A stretch of DNA of 64,000 nucleotides from Blastocladiella emersonii ATCC 22665 (GCA_025594325.1 JANHCV010000014.1:1190857-1254856); one strand, 5' to 3'. Shown: positions 24,397 to 33,884, counted from the first letter of the stretch. The notes: generated from the letters alone by a model not told the origin. Made by a program: numbers and translations.

Positions 24397-26141
24397 CCTT
24401 TTTTTTGGAACCTTTGATTTATTCCTTAACAGCGGTTGTAACCTGCAAGCAGAGTATCCACTGTACGACAGGCGCCGGCCTTTTCTGGCCGAGCTGCAAT
24501 TCAGCAAGGCCTGGACCACGCACGTCGAGGAGCAAAGGGGAAGCAGTGAGGGAAGGAGAGAAGATAGGACAAACGGACGGAGCAAATCAGACCAGTAGCG
24601 TCAAACGAGCAGTAGCGAGAGAGAGAGAGCGAATGAACAATAATCGAGACCGAGCAGGGCGACATGCTGGGCTGGCCAGCGAGAGAGCGAGGGCACGCCA
24701 GAAAGCCAGTAGCAGTACTGTGGCTTTGGCCGTGGCCCGAGAGGAATGTCAGTTTTTCTTTTTCTTCTTCTGTTTTGTCTTTTCTTCTTCAGTTTTGTCT
24801 TTTCTTTTCTTTTCTTTTGTGTCAATCAATGCACCGATGGGCATGATTCAGCGACGACCACGCGGTTCCTTTGGACTTGTCACTTCAGGATGTGCCTTGG
24901 GGAGCCGAGCAGCCAAAGACGGACGGAGGGATCTGCAGCAAGAGCCGCCTGGGCCGCAGTGGTGGGCGGGCACACGGGCGGGTCTTCTTCACGCCCAGAG
25001 GGGTTGGGGGCGTGGGAGTGCATCGAGTGCAAGCACCGCGTGCAGTAGTGGTGTTTGTTGATGAACTTGAGGGTGGCCCTGTGTTGACCAAATGGACGTC
25101 GGACGCGTGCGCTCGCCTCGCGGGGCGGAGCGTCGGAAAAGTTGAGCGGGTCGACCTCGGCGCACCCAGCGGCGTGAGGGAGCCAGCCGAGTCGCCAGAG
25201 GGAGCGCGAGGCCACGGAGGTGATGGCCGCGAGGACGGGCCGGGTGAGGGCGCGGTCGAGTTGGAGGGCCCGCGAGCCGAACGATACGTCGCGGACGCGT
25301 AGAACGCAGCCGGCGAGGCGGGAGAGGGCGTCGGGGTCGCGCCAGATGGAGGCTGCGAGTCGAGTGCCAAAGTTGTGGAGGGCGTCAGTTGCGCCAGCAA
25401 TGGACTCGCCGACCATGGTGTAGCCGGGCGTGCTGAGGTCCTCGCCTTGGATAGGAGAGAGAGGCGGTGGTGGTGCAGATGGGGGTGTAGGTGGAGTGGG
25501 CGCATTTGGTGCTCGTGCAGTGGAGGCGGCGGCGGCAGTAGCGGCGGCGGCGGCAGTAGCGGCGGCGGCGGTGGCAACAGAGGCAGCGGCGCGGCGAGCA
25601 TAGCGCTCAATGGACTTTTGGGCAGAGCCCAGCGCGGCGCACACGGCCGCGGCGTTACGGGTGCAGATCATCCAGTGGCTTCCGTCGTCAATGGCTACTT
25701 GGCACCTAGGACACACCGGTGAAGTGACTACAGTAGGATGGCGGGCGTGCAGAAGTGAGCGAGTGGGTGTGATCCCAAGGAGGTGGCGAACGCGATAGAC
25801 GATGTCGCGGTTCGCAGCGCTGGAGGTGCGCTTATCGAGCGGGCGGGAGCCGGAGCCAATGGCCAGTGAGGTCGCAAGCATGTCAGGGTGCTCATCGGGG
25901 TCAGGGGAGGTGTGGAGGGAGGAGAGGAGGGCGGACTTGGAGCGCAGGGTCGCATCGCAGCGTGCAGTGGACAGGATCTTGAGGAATGCAGTGGAGGATG
26001 TGGGAACGGGGACGTCATCAAAATACAGCGCATGCTGAACATCTAACCGGATCTGTTTGGCGAAGGGGGGAGCGAGGACGAGCTCTTGGGCCAGATTGAC
26101 CCCGTCAGCGGCGAGCCCGTCAGCGATCTCGTTCCCCTCAA
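24397..26141 (-). mobile_element. 5'-truncated non-LTR retrotransposon (RNase H-bearing LINE), family A, 1.75 kb
   Basis: The minus-strand frame is open from 26139 to 24880. It begins EGNEIADGLA (end of RNase H) and contains PTRSLLH...CPRC-x8-H-x3-C (CCHC). A ~480-nt 3' UTR follows, with AATAAA (24423-24418), an A8 tail (T8 at 24399-24406) and a 16-bp TSD. Confidence 0.9.
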
Positions 26142-27430
26142 CGCCTGCCCAACACGGTCAAGGTGGCGTCTCTAACGCTGTACTGGCTCGCGCCGACTGG
26201 GTCGCCGCAACTGCCGTCACCGGGCAGAGCCGCCTGCTGGCCGGCGTCTCTCGAGTCGCTGACGCTGGGCGACTGCGAACTCGGCATTACCAGCTCGCTG
26301 ATCCGGCACCTGATCCCGAGCAACGGCCACGGCGGTGTCGGCAACACCGCTCCACTCGCGACCCTCACCACTTTGCGCCTCTTCGACTGCGACATCCTCG
26401 GGTGCTCGGCCGCGCGCACGCTCGCCGAGTTGCTCCCGCCTAACCTCAAGGACCTGACCCTCAGCAACGCGGGGCTGCACGGCGACTCGCTGGCCGCGCT
26501 CCTGGCCGCGATCCCCTCGTCGGTCACGCTGTGGTCGCTAGACCTGAGCCGCAACGACCTGCGGTGCCTCGAGCGGGTCCTCCTGAACCTGCCTGGCCAA
26601 GCCCCGTGCTTCGTTATCGCAGGCCCCACCGAGGATGGGGACGCGGCAGACGTGGTGGCGTCGGCGCACCTGGTCGACGGCGACGCGTGGCCGCTGCCGC
26701 GGACGCTCCGGAACCTCGACCTGACCGGGTGCACCCTCGGTCCCCGCGCGACACGCGGGCTCGCAGCTGGCCTGCCGCCGCACCTGCGCGAACTTGTCAT
26801 GAAGAACTGCCTCATAACGGAGCAGGCTCACGTGGTGACGGCGCCCGTCACCGAGGCGCAGTCGGCCCTCTTCCTTGCGCTACCGCCCACCCTGCTCGTG
26901 CTCGACCTCAGCGGCGAGACGTGGACCGCGTCGGCCATGACCGCGCTGATGGCGTCGCTTCAGCACTATCATCACCACCACCACCAGCAGCTCAAGGTGC
27001 TCCGGCTCGCGGGGTCCTCGCTGCCGCCCGGGGCGACCGCGGTCGTGGTCGCGCACCTCCCGCCTGCCCTGCGCATGCTCGATCTGCAGGGCTTCGTGTT
27101 CACCGCGCAGCATGCCCAAGTGCTGGCCGCCTGGCGCGTGGTTCGCGGTGCTGCTGCTGCTTTGAACTTGCAGCTGGACGTAAGCCAGCGGACCGCGCCC
27201 GTCTCGGCTGCCCTCGCAGCGGCGCACCCACCGGTTGTCATTGGCTAGACTCTCCTCATTGTTGTATATTGAGTTTGTTGCACCGCTCCCTTCCTTCCCC
27301 CTTCCTTCATAGCTCATAACCATACCATTGCATATCGCTGCCTCGAGCTCTGGTCCTTCAACCCACAAAGTCGCTGTCGTATCGTGTCGGCGTGGCACAG
27401 CGAGCACTTCAAGCCAGAGACGGCGTTCTG

Positions 27431-30400
27431 ATGCCGACCCTCATCCCACGCGAATCTGAAACGCGACGCGGCGCCACGGGTGGCGCAGTTGGCCGCGTCT
27501 CGCTCACCTCCGGAAACGACTTCTACTCGTTCTACTCGAACGACGTAGCCGTCTCGCGCATTGACGGGGTCTGGGCCTCGAGCGCTTTCATCCCGCGGTG
27601 CTTGTCCGCGACAATTGCACATGACCTCCGTGTCCTGCTGGACCATGCGCCGGTTTTTGCCACCTTTGATTTCGAGGACCACCTGGACCGCACCATCACC
27701 GCCAGGGAGGCGCAGGCCATGAGCGAGATGGGCCGCAGGTTGGCGGACTGGACCAAGATTACCGAGCGGGAGCTGGCAGCTTTTGCCCTGCTGCTTTCCT
27801 CGCTGATCCTCAAGTGCCCGAGCCTCAGGGCGTCCCGCGTCTTTGCCTCGGCTGGCGACGTGCACGATGCTGCCCGCGCTTGGGTTGCCCGCATCGTGAA
27901 AGCGATGCAGCAGTCCCTCCCGCTCCGTCACGTTGGGCAGAAGCGCAAGTCCCGGCCTGCGGACCCAACCGACCCGACCTTAGCCGTGATCGGTTTACTG
28001 CGCCACGCCCAGGTCGCGATCAAGCGGGGCTCCTACGCTTCGCCCATGGACGCGCTCCTGGCTATCCGCCCTGCCTACAACGCCGAGATTTCGCCAGAGC
28101 CCTTCCCGGACTCGGCCGCGACCATGGACGAGGTGAGCGCGGCGATCCACGGGCTTCTGTCGGACCACATCGGTGCTTTGCAGGCGCGGCGCGCGGCTGA
28201 CGTTCGCACTCGGATTTCCGCTGCTGTTGAGAGCCGGGCCGGCTGGCTTGACTCGGCGCCCGGCGCCCTCCTTCGTTCTGCTCTTGGCGTTGAGCGCTCG
28301 CGCGCTGAGATCAACATCGCCGCCCTGCCGCAGGGCGAGGACGACGCCACGGGCGCGCAGGCCCAATCACACACGCGCGATCCCGACCTGGTCAAGTCGG
28401 CGCTCGCTGGCCAGCTGCAGTCCATGTTTGCAGAAGGCGCTGATCCGCTTCCGCTTAACTCGGCACGTCCGGGTTGGGCCAACATTTTCGCTCCGCTCTC
28501 GCACGTCCCCGACGACGCGTACGAGGGCCTCATGGACCCGCCTTCCATGGAGGAATTGCTCGACGCGCTCTCAGCTTCCGGCGGGACCAAGGCCCCCGGC
28601 CCGTCCAGGATCCAGACAAAGCTGATCCTCGAGTCGGGCGACGAGTCGCTCGAAGCCCTTCACCGCATCGTCTGCGGGTGCTTCACCTTCCGCACCATGC
28701 CACCGGCGTTCAAGGAGTCCCTCGTGGTCATGATCCCAAAAACCAGCGACCCCTTCTCTGGCGACTTGAGCCAGCTCCGGCCTATCACGCTGCTTGAGGT
28801 GATGCAGAAGGCGATTGTCCGAATCTTCACGAGGCGTCTCACGGCCACTTTCCTGAAGCACAAAGTCCTTCGCGGCGCGTGTGACAGCGTACTTCCTGGA
28901 ACGAGCTCAGACGGAATCGTCAGCGCTGTGAGCGCCATTGTCACGTGGGCTAACGCGGAGCCTGGACGCGAAGCTTTCATGTACTTCGAAGACAAGAGCA
29001 AGGCTTACGACTCCATCGGTTTCGAGGTGGTACGGCGTGCCTTGCGCCGGCTCAAAGTCCCCGAGCCCTTCGTCGAGTTCTACGTGACCCACGTCCTCAG
29101 CTCTCGCTCAGTCTCGCTCTTGACAGATTTTGGTCCGACAAACGCGGTGCCCATTGGCCGCGGCCTGCCTCAGGGCGGCGTCGAGTGCCCGCTCTTGTGG
29201 GACGTAGTGTACGACCCGCTTCTCTGCGCGCTCAAGGAGTGGACGGCGGGAGTTGAGATTTCTGTCGACCCGCCCGCAGTGCACCCGCGCTCAGGCCACG
29301 CCGTCGCCACGCCGCCGCCGCCGCCGGTGACCATGCGTGCCCACGCCTTTGCTTTTGTCGACGACCTCACTGTGGTCGCGAGCTCGCTCGAGGAGCTTGG
29401 CCACGGAGCCGCGATTGTCTCCGAGTTCAACGCTCTCAACGGCCTCCGCGCAAACCCAAGCAAGGGCATGGTCCTGCGCGCGGGACAGTCGGCCAGCGAC
29501 GCCAAGGTGTTCAAGGTGGGCGACGAGGAGGTCCGCATCCTTGGGCCAAAGGAGCCAGCCCGCCTTCTCGGCGTGTGGTTCAGCGGGAACGGCAGCAACG
29601 CGGCCACATTTGAGGTGATCCAGCGCGAGAGCCAGGCTGTGCTCGACGCCATGGAGTTTCGGCGCCTCACGGCGCGATCAGTGGTGTACGCCCTGAACGC
29701 AGTCGGCATCCCGCGCGCGCTGTACCGGGCAAAGGCCGCGATCCCGCTCATTACCCAGCTTGAAGGGCTGGATGCCAAGTTCCGCGGCCTCGTCCGCCGA
29801 AAACTCCGTGTCGCTTCCAGCTCGCCCTCGGCGCCGCTTCACTCGACGGTTGCCCTTGGCCTTCGCTCAATTGTGGACTGCCTGGTAGAGCAGCAGGTGA
29901 CCGAGATCACGATTGGGCTCTCGACAGACGGTCTCCTTGGCGACGCAAGCCGGGTGCTCCTGGCGCTGCTGCAGCGGCATCTTTGGATCCCGGTCTCTCC
30001 GCTCGAGGTGCCAACTGGCGAGCGCGTCTTCCCGTCGCAGCACCCATGGGGCCAGCTCACGTCTCTCATGCACGACCGTGGCCTCTCGATTCGGGACGAG
30101 CACGGCTTGTTCCGCTCGAACCAGGGCAGCTTGCCGCTGGTCGAGGTGCTCCCGTGGTCTCTGCTGGGTCCGCTCCGCAAGTCGCTCAAGCACTACGGGA
30201 TCCTCTTCGCTTCGCAGCTGGTGGGCCCAGGTGGCGACGTCCTAGCCAACCTTGCTTTCTCGCGCGCTCACGGCCTGGCAACCGCAAGAACGAAGTGGTT
30301 CCCACTCGTGAACACGGCGCTGACCGCGACCCTCAACGCGTCGCCAGCCCTGCGCTTGGAGGCCAGCAGGAAGTCCATCGCGTGGAGTCTGCCCGGCGAC

Positions 30401-32440
30401 AACGGCGCAGCCCTCGGGCTGCTGGATCGGGCTGCGGTGACGGGTGGAGGCCTTTTTGACTTCGCTTCCGCGAGCGGGGTGCCCTTCCATGGCCGCGTCG
30501 TCATGGCGCCCAACATAGTTTCCTCGGCCGCTGTGCTCCTGGTCAACCACGTTCTCACCGGCGACGATGGCGCCGTTGCGGCCTGCAGTGGGTGCGACTT
30601 TGTAACCCCGATCCCCGCTCGCTCGCCTTCCGGCAAGGAGTACAGCGGGGTCCCGCGCTTCATGCGGGGCCGGGGAAGGTGCTGGCACTACGCCAAGCTG
30701 GCGCCTGCTGCGGGTGCGCACCCAGTGGACGCCCGCGCCGACCTGGCCGCGCTTCGGCTGATCGACCTCTCGACGCTCTCTGATCCAGTGGAATTCGCGC
30801 GCCTCGCGCTTTCGCTTGAGCTTCCCGAGGACTTTGTGGGCGTCGGCTCGGGCGAGATATTCTCAGATGGCTCGCTCAAGGGCGCGGGCACCGAGGCCGT
30901 GGCTGCTGGTGCAGGCGTCTGCACGGTCGACCGCGAGGAGGACTTTGAGAGGAGCTTCGCAGTCCCTGCCAGCAACCACTCAAGTTTCCGGTCCGAGCTC
31001 TGGGGCGTCATCGCGGCTGCCTCGGTGGCCAGACGCGGGGCCTCGCTCACCATCACTTTGGACAACAAGGGTGTGGTCGACACTGCGGTCAAGATGCTTG
31101 CGCCCAGCGCGCGCGTCAAGATCCGCGCAACGTGCTCGCTGGAATGGGCCGTGCTCCGTTGGATCGTGGAGGCGCGCAACCTCAAGATAGCTTTACAGTG
31201 GACGCGCGGGCACGTCGGCACCAAGGGCAACGAGGTGGCGGCCGGCCTGGCCAACGCAGGAACGCAGCCCGGCGTTGCCCCCCTCGCCATCAATCCAGCA
31301 ATCCGCCGGCTCTTTGATGCGCCCTTCACGGTGATGTGGCGCGGCCAGGCCATCAACACGGACCCGCGGCGCTTTGCGCGCGGCCTCAACAACGCGCGGC
31401 ACAGCGCCGTGCTGACAACCGTGACCGCGGCCAGCGTCACGCGCGCTCCCGTCGACATCCCCGCGACCGCGATCGCGCTGCGCGGCGGGCCCCGTCGCGT
31501 CCGCGGCAGCGAGTCCTTTTCGGCCAATGCTACCCTGAGCTTCCAGCTCAAGGCCCTCGCCGGCCAGCTGCCCACCCGCCATCGCTTGCACTCATGGTGG
31601 CCGCACCGCTACCCGTCCGAGGACTGCGTGGAGTGCTCGGCCCTCGGCCACTCCATCCCTGACACGCAGGCGCATTTCTTCGCGTGCCCAGCCTCGCTGG
31701 CCCGTGTGCCCGAGGCTGCGGAGGCGGCCTTCCCTTATGTCGCCGGCACTCTCAAAACAATCGACGACGACACGCACGCTGACCCCACGCTGCGCAGGGC
31801 CGCGCGCGAGATGGTCATGGAGCTTCTGCGCGACGGCCGCATCGAGCGCACCGCAGCAGGCCTGGTGGACTCGTCGCTCGTCGGCTGGTTCCGCAGATGC
31901 TACGGTCACATGCGGGGCTTCCCGTCCGCCCGGCTAGCACTCTCCGCTGCTGCGGCTGCCTGCTCGACCGCGATCCGCAAGGAAGTGTGGCTGCCCCGGT
32001 GCCAGGCGGTGGCCGAGGCCTCGCCAGTCGTGCACGGCCCGGCGTTGCCGCCGCCCGCCCGGCCTGATCCGTCGCCGCCGCGGCGGGCGCCCCTCACCCG
32101 CGCGAAGCGCGCGGCCGATGGCTACGCGCCGTGCTGCCTCGCCCCGCTCGCTGACCCTGACGATGGCTGCTGCGCCGCGGGAAACCCGCGGCGAAAGGCA
32201 GTGGCCCTCGCTGACGCAGCGGTGGCCCGCCGACACAACGGCGGAACCCTCGCTGCGCACCCGGCCCTCCGACCAGTATTCGGGATCCCCGTCAACGACG
32301 ACGGCTCCCCGCCAACCGTCGGGCCGGCCCTGACCCTTTTTGACCCCCTGCATGGCTCGTGGATCGACGCCCGCGTCGCCCCGCGACTCGGCGACTGGCA
32401 AGTCGCTGAGGACCCTGGCTTCCCGCCAGGGCCGCCGTAG
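27431..32440 (+). CDS. Chimeric ORF: 31 flank-derived codons fused to the retrotransposon RT/RNase H polyprotein (~1669 aa)
   Basis: The ATG at 27431 lies upstream of the left TSD and is in frame with the uninterrupted element ORF. Expression is not demonstrated. Confidence 0.6.
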   Translation: MPTLIPRESETRRGATGGAVGRVSLTSGNDFYSFYSNDVAVSRIDGVWASSAFIPRCLSATIAHDLRVLLDHAPVFATFDFEDHLDRTITAREAQAMSEMGRRLADWTKITERELAAFALLLSSLILKCPSLRASRVFASAGDVHDAARAWVARIVKAMQQSLPLRHVGQKRKSRPADPTDPTLAVIGLLRHAQVAIKRGSYASPMDALLAIRPAYNAEISPEPFPDSAATMDEVSAAIHGLLSDHIGALQARRAADVRTRISAAVESRAGWLDSAPGALLRSALGVERSRAEINIAALPQGEDDATGAQAQSHTRDPDLVKSALAGQLQSMFAEGADPLPLNSARPGWANIFAPLSHVPDDAYEGLMDPPSMEELLDALSASGGTKAPGPSRIQTKLILESGDESLEALHRIVCGCFTFRTMPPAFKESLVVMIPKTSDPFSGDLSQLRPITLLEVMQKAIVRIFTRRLTATFLKHKVLRGACDSVLPGTSSDGIVSAVSAIVTWANAEPGREAFMYFEDKSKAYDSIGFEVVRRALRRLKVPEPFVEFYVTHVLSSRSVSLLTDFGPTNAVPIGRGLPQGGVECPLLWDVVYDPLLCALKEWTAGVEISVDPPAVHPRSGHAVATPPPPPVTMRAHAFAFVDDLTVVASSLEELGHGAAIVSEFNALNGLRANPSKGMVLRAGQSASDAKVFKVGDEEVRILGPKEPARLLGVWFSGNGSNAATFEVIQRESQAVLDAMEFRRLTARSVVYALNAVGIPRALYRAKAAIPLITQLEGLDAKFRGLVRRKLRVASSSPSAPLHSTVALGLRSIVDCLVEQQVTEITIGLSTDGLLGDASRVLLALLQRHLWIPVSPLEVPTGERVFPSQHPWGQLTSLMHDRGLSIRDEHGLFRSNQGSLPLVEVLPWSLLGPLRKSLKHYGILFASQLVGPGGDVLANLAFSRAHGLATARTKWFPLVNTALTATLNASPALRLEASRKSIAWSLPGDNGAALGLLDRAAVTGGGLFDFASASGVPFHGRVVMAPNIVSSAAVLLVNHVLTGDDGAVAACSGCDFVTPIPARSPSGKEYSGVPRFMRGRGRCWHYAKLAPAAGAHPVDARADLAALRLIDLSTLSDPVEFARLALSLELPEDFVGVGSGEIFSDGSLKGAGTEAVAAGAGVCTVDREEDFERSFAVPASNHSSFRSELWGVIAAASVARRGASLTITLDNKGVVDTAVKMLAPSARVKIRATCSLEWAVLRWIVEARNLKIALQWTRGHVGTKGNEVAAGLANAGTQPGVAPLAINPAIRRLFDAPFTVMWRGQAINTDPRRFARGLNNARHSAVLTTVTAASVTRAPVDIPATAIALRGGPRRVRGSESFSANATLSFQLKALAGQLPTRHRLHSWWPHRYPSEDCVECSALGHSIPDTQAHFFACPASLARVPEAAEAAFPYVAGTLKTIDDDTHADPTLRRAAREMVMELLRDGRIERTAAGLVDSSLVGWFRRCYGHMRGFPSARLALSAAAAACSTAIRKEVWLPRCQAVAEASPVVHGPALPPPARPDPSPPRRAPLTRAKRAADGYAPCCLAPLADPDDGCCAAGNPRRKAVALADAAVARRHNGGTLAAHPALRPVFGIPVNDDGSPPTVGPALTLFDPLHGSWIDARVAPRLGDWQVAEDPGFPPGPP
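27507..27523 (+). repeat. Target site duplication, left copy (CCTCCGGAAACGACTTC); right copy at 32796-32812
   Basis: Exact 17-bp direct repeat (18 bp if the adjacent A is counted). The right copy follows the poly(A) directly. Confidence 0.93.
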
Positions 32441-32795
32441 CGCATCCCTGCACCACCGGGCGCGTCTGGACTAGGCCTAGTCTAGCTCGCGCCTGGAGGG
32501 TGTGCGGCGACATGCGCTGAGCTGCGGAGCACGCTCACACGCTCCGCTACCGCCAGGTGGGTCGAGATTTGGGGCAGCCGGGTTGGAGGGTTCTCGGCCT
32601 CGGGCCGGTCTCCCTGCCAGCCTCCCTGCCTCCGCGCGCGCCCAGCCCCATAGGTTTTTCTCCTGTTGTGCTGCCGTTCGTGAGCTCTGTTTGGTGACTG
32701 TGTGGTGACGATGAGTTGTTTTTGTCTTTCCTTTGCATTTTTCCTCCTCTAGCACGTGAATACACCTGGGCGAATTTTCAAAAAAAAAAAAAAAA
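27524..32795 (+). mobile_element. Non-LTR retrotransposon (APE remnant-RT-RNase H-CCHC), family B, 5'-truncated within the endonuclease
   Basis: APE C-terminal motifs SRIDGVW and LDHAPV. RT motifs LRPITLLE, FEDKSKAYDSI, GLPQGGVECPLLW and AFVDDL. RNase H motifs FSDGS, RSELWG, LDNKG and TRGHVGTKGNEVA. CCHC knuckle CVEC...AHFFAC. Stop at 32440, 3' UTR, A16 tail at 32780-32795, 17-bp TSD. Confidence 0.96.
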
Positions 32796-32933
32796 CCTCC
32801 GGAAACGACTTCGCAATCCGGAACTTGCTCATCCATCGTATCCGATTCCAACGTCATGTTCGCACCGTATACCATTCTTCGTCGCGACAAAGGCACGGAG
32901 GACGACCAAGACTTGAGAATTGACTCGCTGAAC

Positions 32934-33040
32934 AGGCGTGAGCTAGACTAGGATTAGTCCAAACGCGCCCGGTGGTGCAGGGATGCGCTACGGCGGCCCC
33001 AGCGGGAAGCCAGGGTCCTCAGCGACTTGCACCTCGCCGA
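32934..33040 (-). mobile_element. Inverted ~105-bp fragment of the family B ORF end and 3' UTR start
   Basis: The reverse complement matches about 32389-32496 (...GCAAGTCGCTGAGGACCCTGGCTTCCCG...TAGCGCATCCCTGCACCACCGGGCGCG...CTAGTCTAGCTC) with several substitutions. Both encode QVAEDPGFPxGPP*. Confidence 0.85.
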
Positions 33041-33062
33041 CCCTCTTTCTCACCCAAAGTAG

Positions 33063-33400
33063 GGCCCTTGTGCAGCTCGTTGTACGATAGAGCCTTACCA
33101 GCTTCGTATCGACGATCAAGTTGTCCCAACCATCAACATCCGCGAGGCCTTTAGCGCAGGCCTTCAAGTCAAGCAAATTCCGAATCAGGTGGGCCAGCTG
33201 AGGACGGCGTCGGGTCATCCCGCGTTGGAGCAGGCGTGTGATTCCCGACAATTGGTGTTCGTCTGTCAGCGCGCGTCTAGCCTGGCGGAGCCTCTTCTAT
33301 GCGGGCCGAGGCGCGCGCGATCGCGGTCGCGGTCGCCGCGGCACCACCGCGCTCGCGGACCCACATCTACTCTGGCTCTCAGGCTGTCATTGCATCCGAG
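33063..33400 (+). pseudogene. Degenerate retroelement fragments (post-RNase H linker-like piece, then an RNase H piece)
   Basis: 33245-33400 reads GVRLSARV*PGGASSMRAEARAIAVAVAAAPPRSRTHIYSGSQAVI, i.e. the RNase H RAE..AI and IY(S/T)DSQ motifs with D>G and a stop. 33090-33160 reads PYQLRIDDQVVPT, resembling family A HALYFDDVPVPT. Confidence 0.55.
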
Positions 33401-33884
33401 TCGGCCATCCGCGACCTATCGTTTCATTCCTCCTCTTCGTCTGATTCTGGCTTTCCTTCTTCTCTCAGTTCTACCAACGCATGGTCGCTTGCAGTGTGTG
33501 ACGCCGGCGTGGCCGTTTGCGCCGTGTGCGCAGCGCGTGGTGCGTCGGGCGCTGTGCGGTGTGCGCGGTGCGCGGTGCGCGGTGTGCATCCGTCAGCGGG
33601 TGAGTGGTTTCACGCCGAGGGAGAGCGGAGCTGCTCGTAACCCTCCCTGGCCCATCATCACGCAGGACTTGGAGCTGACAGCAGAGCCGGCAGCAAGGAG
33701 GAGACCAGCCGTATATTGCCTGACGAACACCTCTCAGACCACCTACGAGATAGATAAGAGCAACTGACTGGGAGCTGGCAGGCTGGCAGTCTGCCAGGCT
33801 GCCAGGGCTCATCATTCATTCCTTTGTTTGCAGGGACGGCAACCAGAGTGTGCGGGCCCACCATGGCTTGAGATGCGGCGTGGG

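Larger units (their letters stand above)
23613..27248 (+). pseudogene. Leucine-rich-repeat (RNI-like) gene interrupted by a non-LTR retrotransposon
   Basis: 5' part runs MNSISAARRVPFSIIEQIL...LRLPNT, with a 72-nt intron at 24078-24149. 3' part runs VKVASLTLY...LESLTLGDC...LKDLTLSNAGL...LDLSRNDL...LRNLDLTGCTLG and has LxxLxLxxN/C repeats. Removing 24397-26157 restores one continuous frame (...LRLPNT-VKVASL...). Confidence 0.85.

Noticed and set aside
23604-25061. 485-aa ORF as an intact gene
   Set aside because: After NT at 24396 it runs through antisense retroelement tail and UTR (poly-F and low-complexity sequence), so it is a chimera created by the insertion.
27392-32440. A full-length autonomous retrotransposon, or a dedicated RT-plus-array system
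   Set aside because: The TSD inside the ORF shows 5' truncation, and poly(A) plus TSD show an ordinary target-primed insertion. No sequence is shared between the element and the array unit.
32988-33251. 87-aa minus-strand ORF ending like the RT ORF, as a separate gene
   Set aside because: Only the last ~14 codons come from the inverted fragment. The rest is antisense to plus-strand retro debris.
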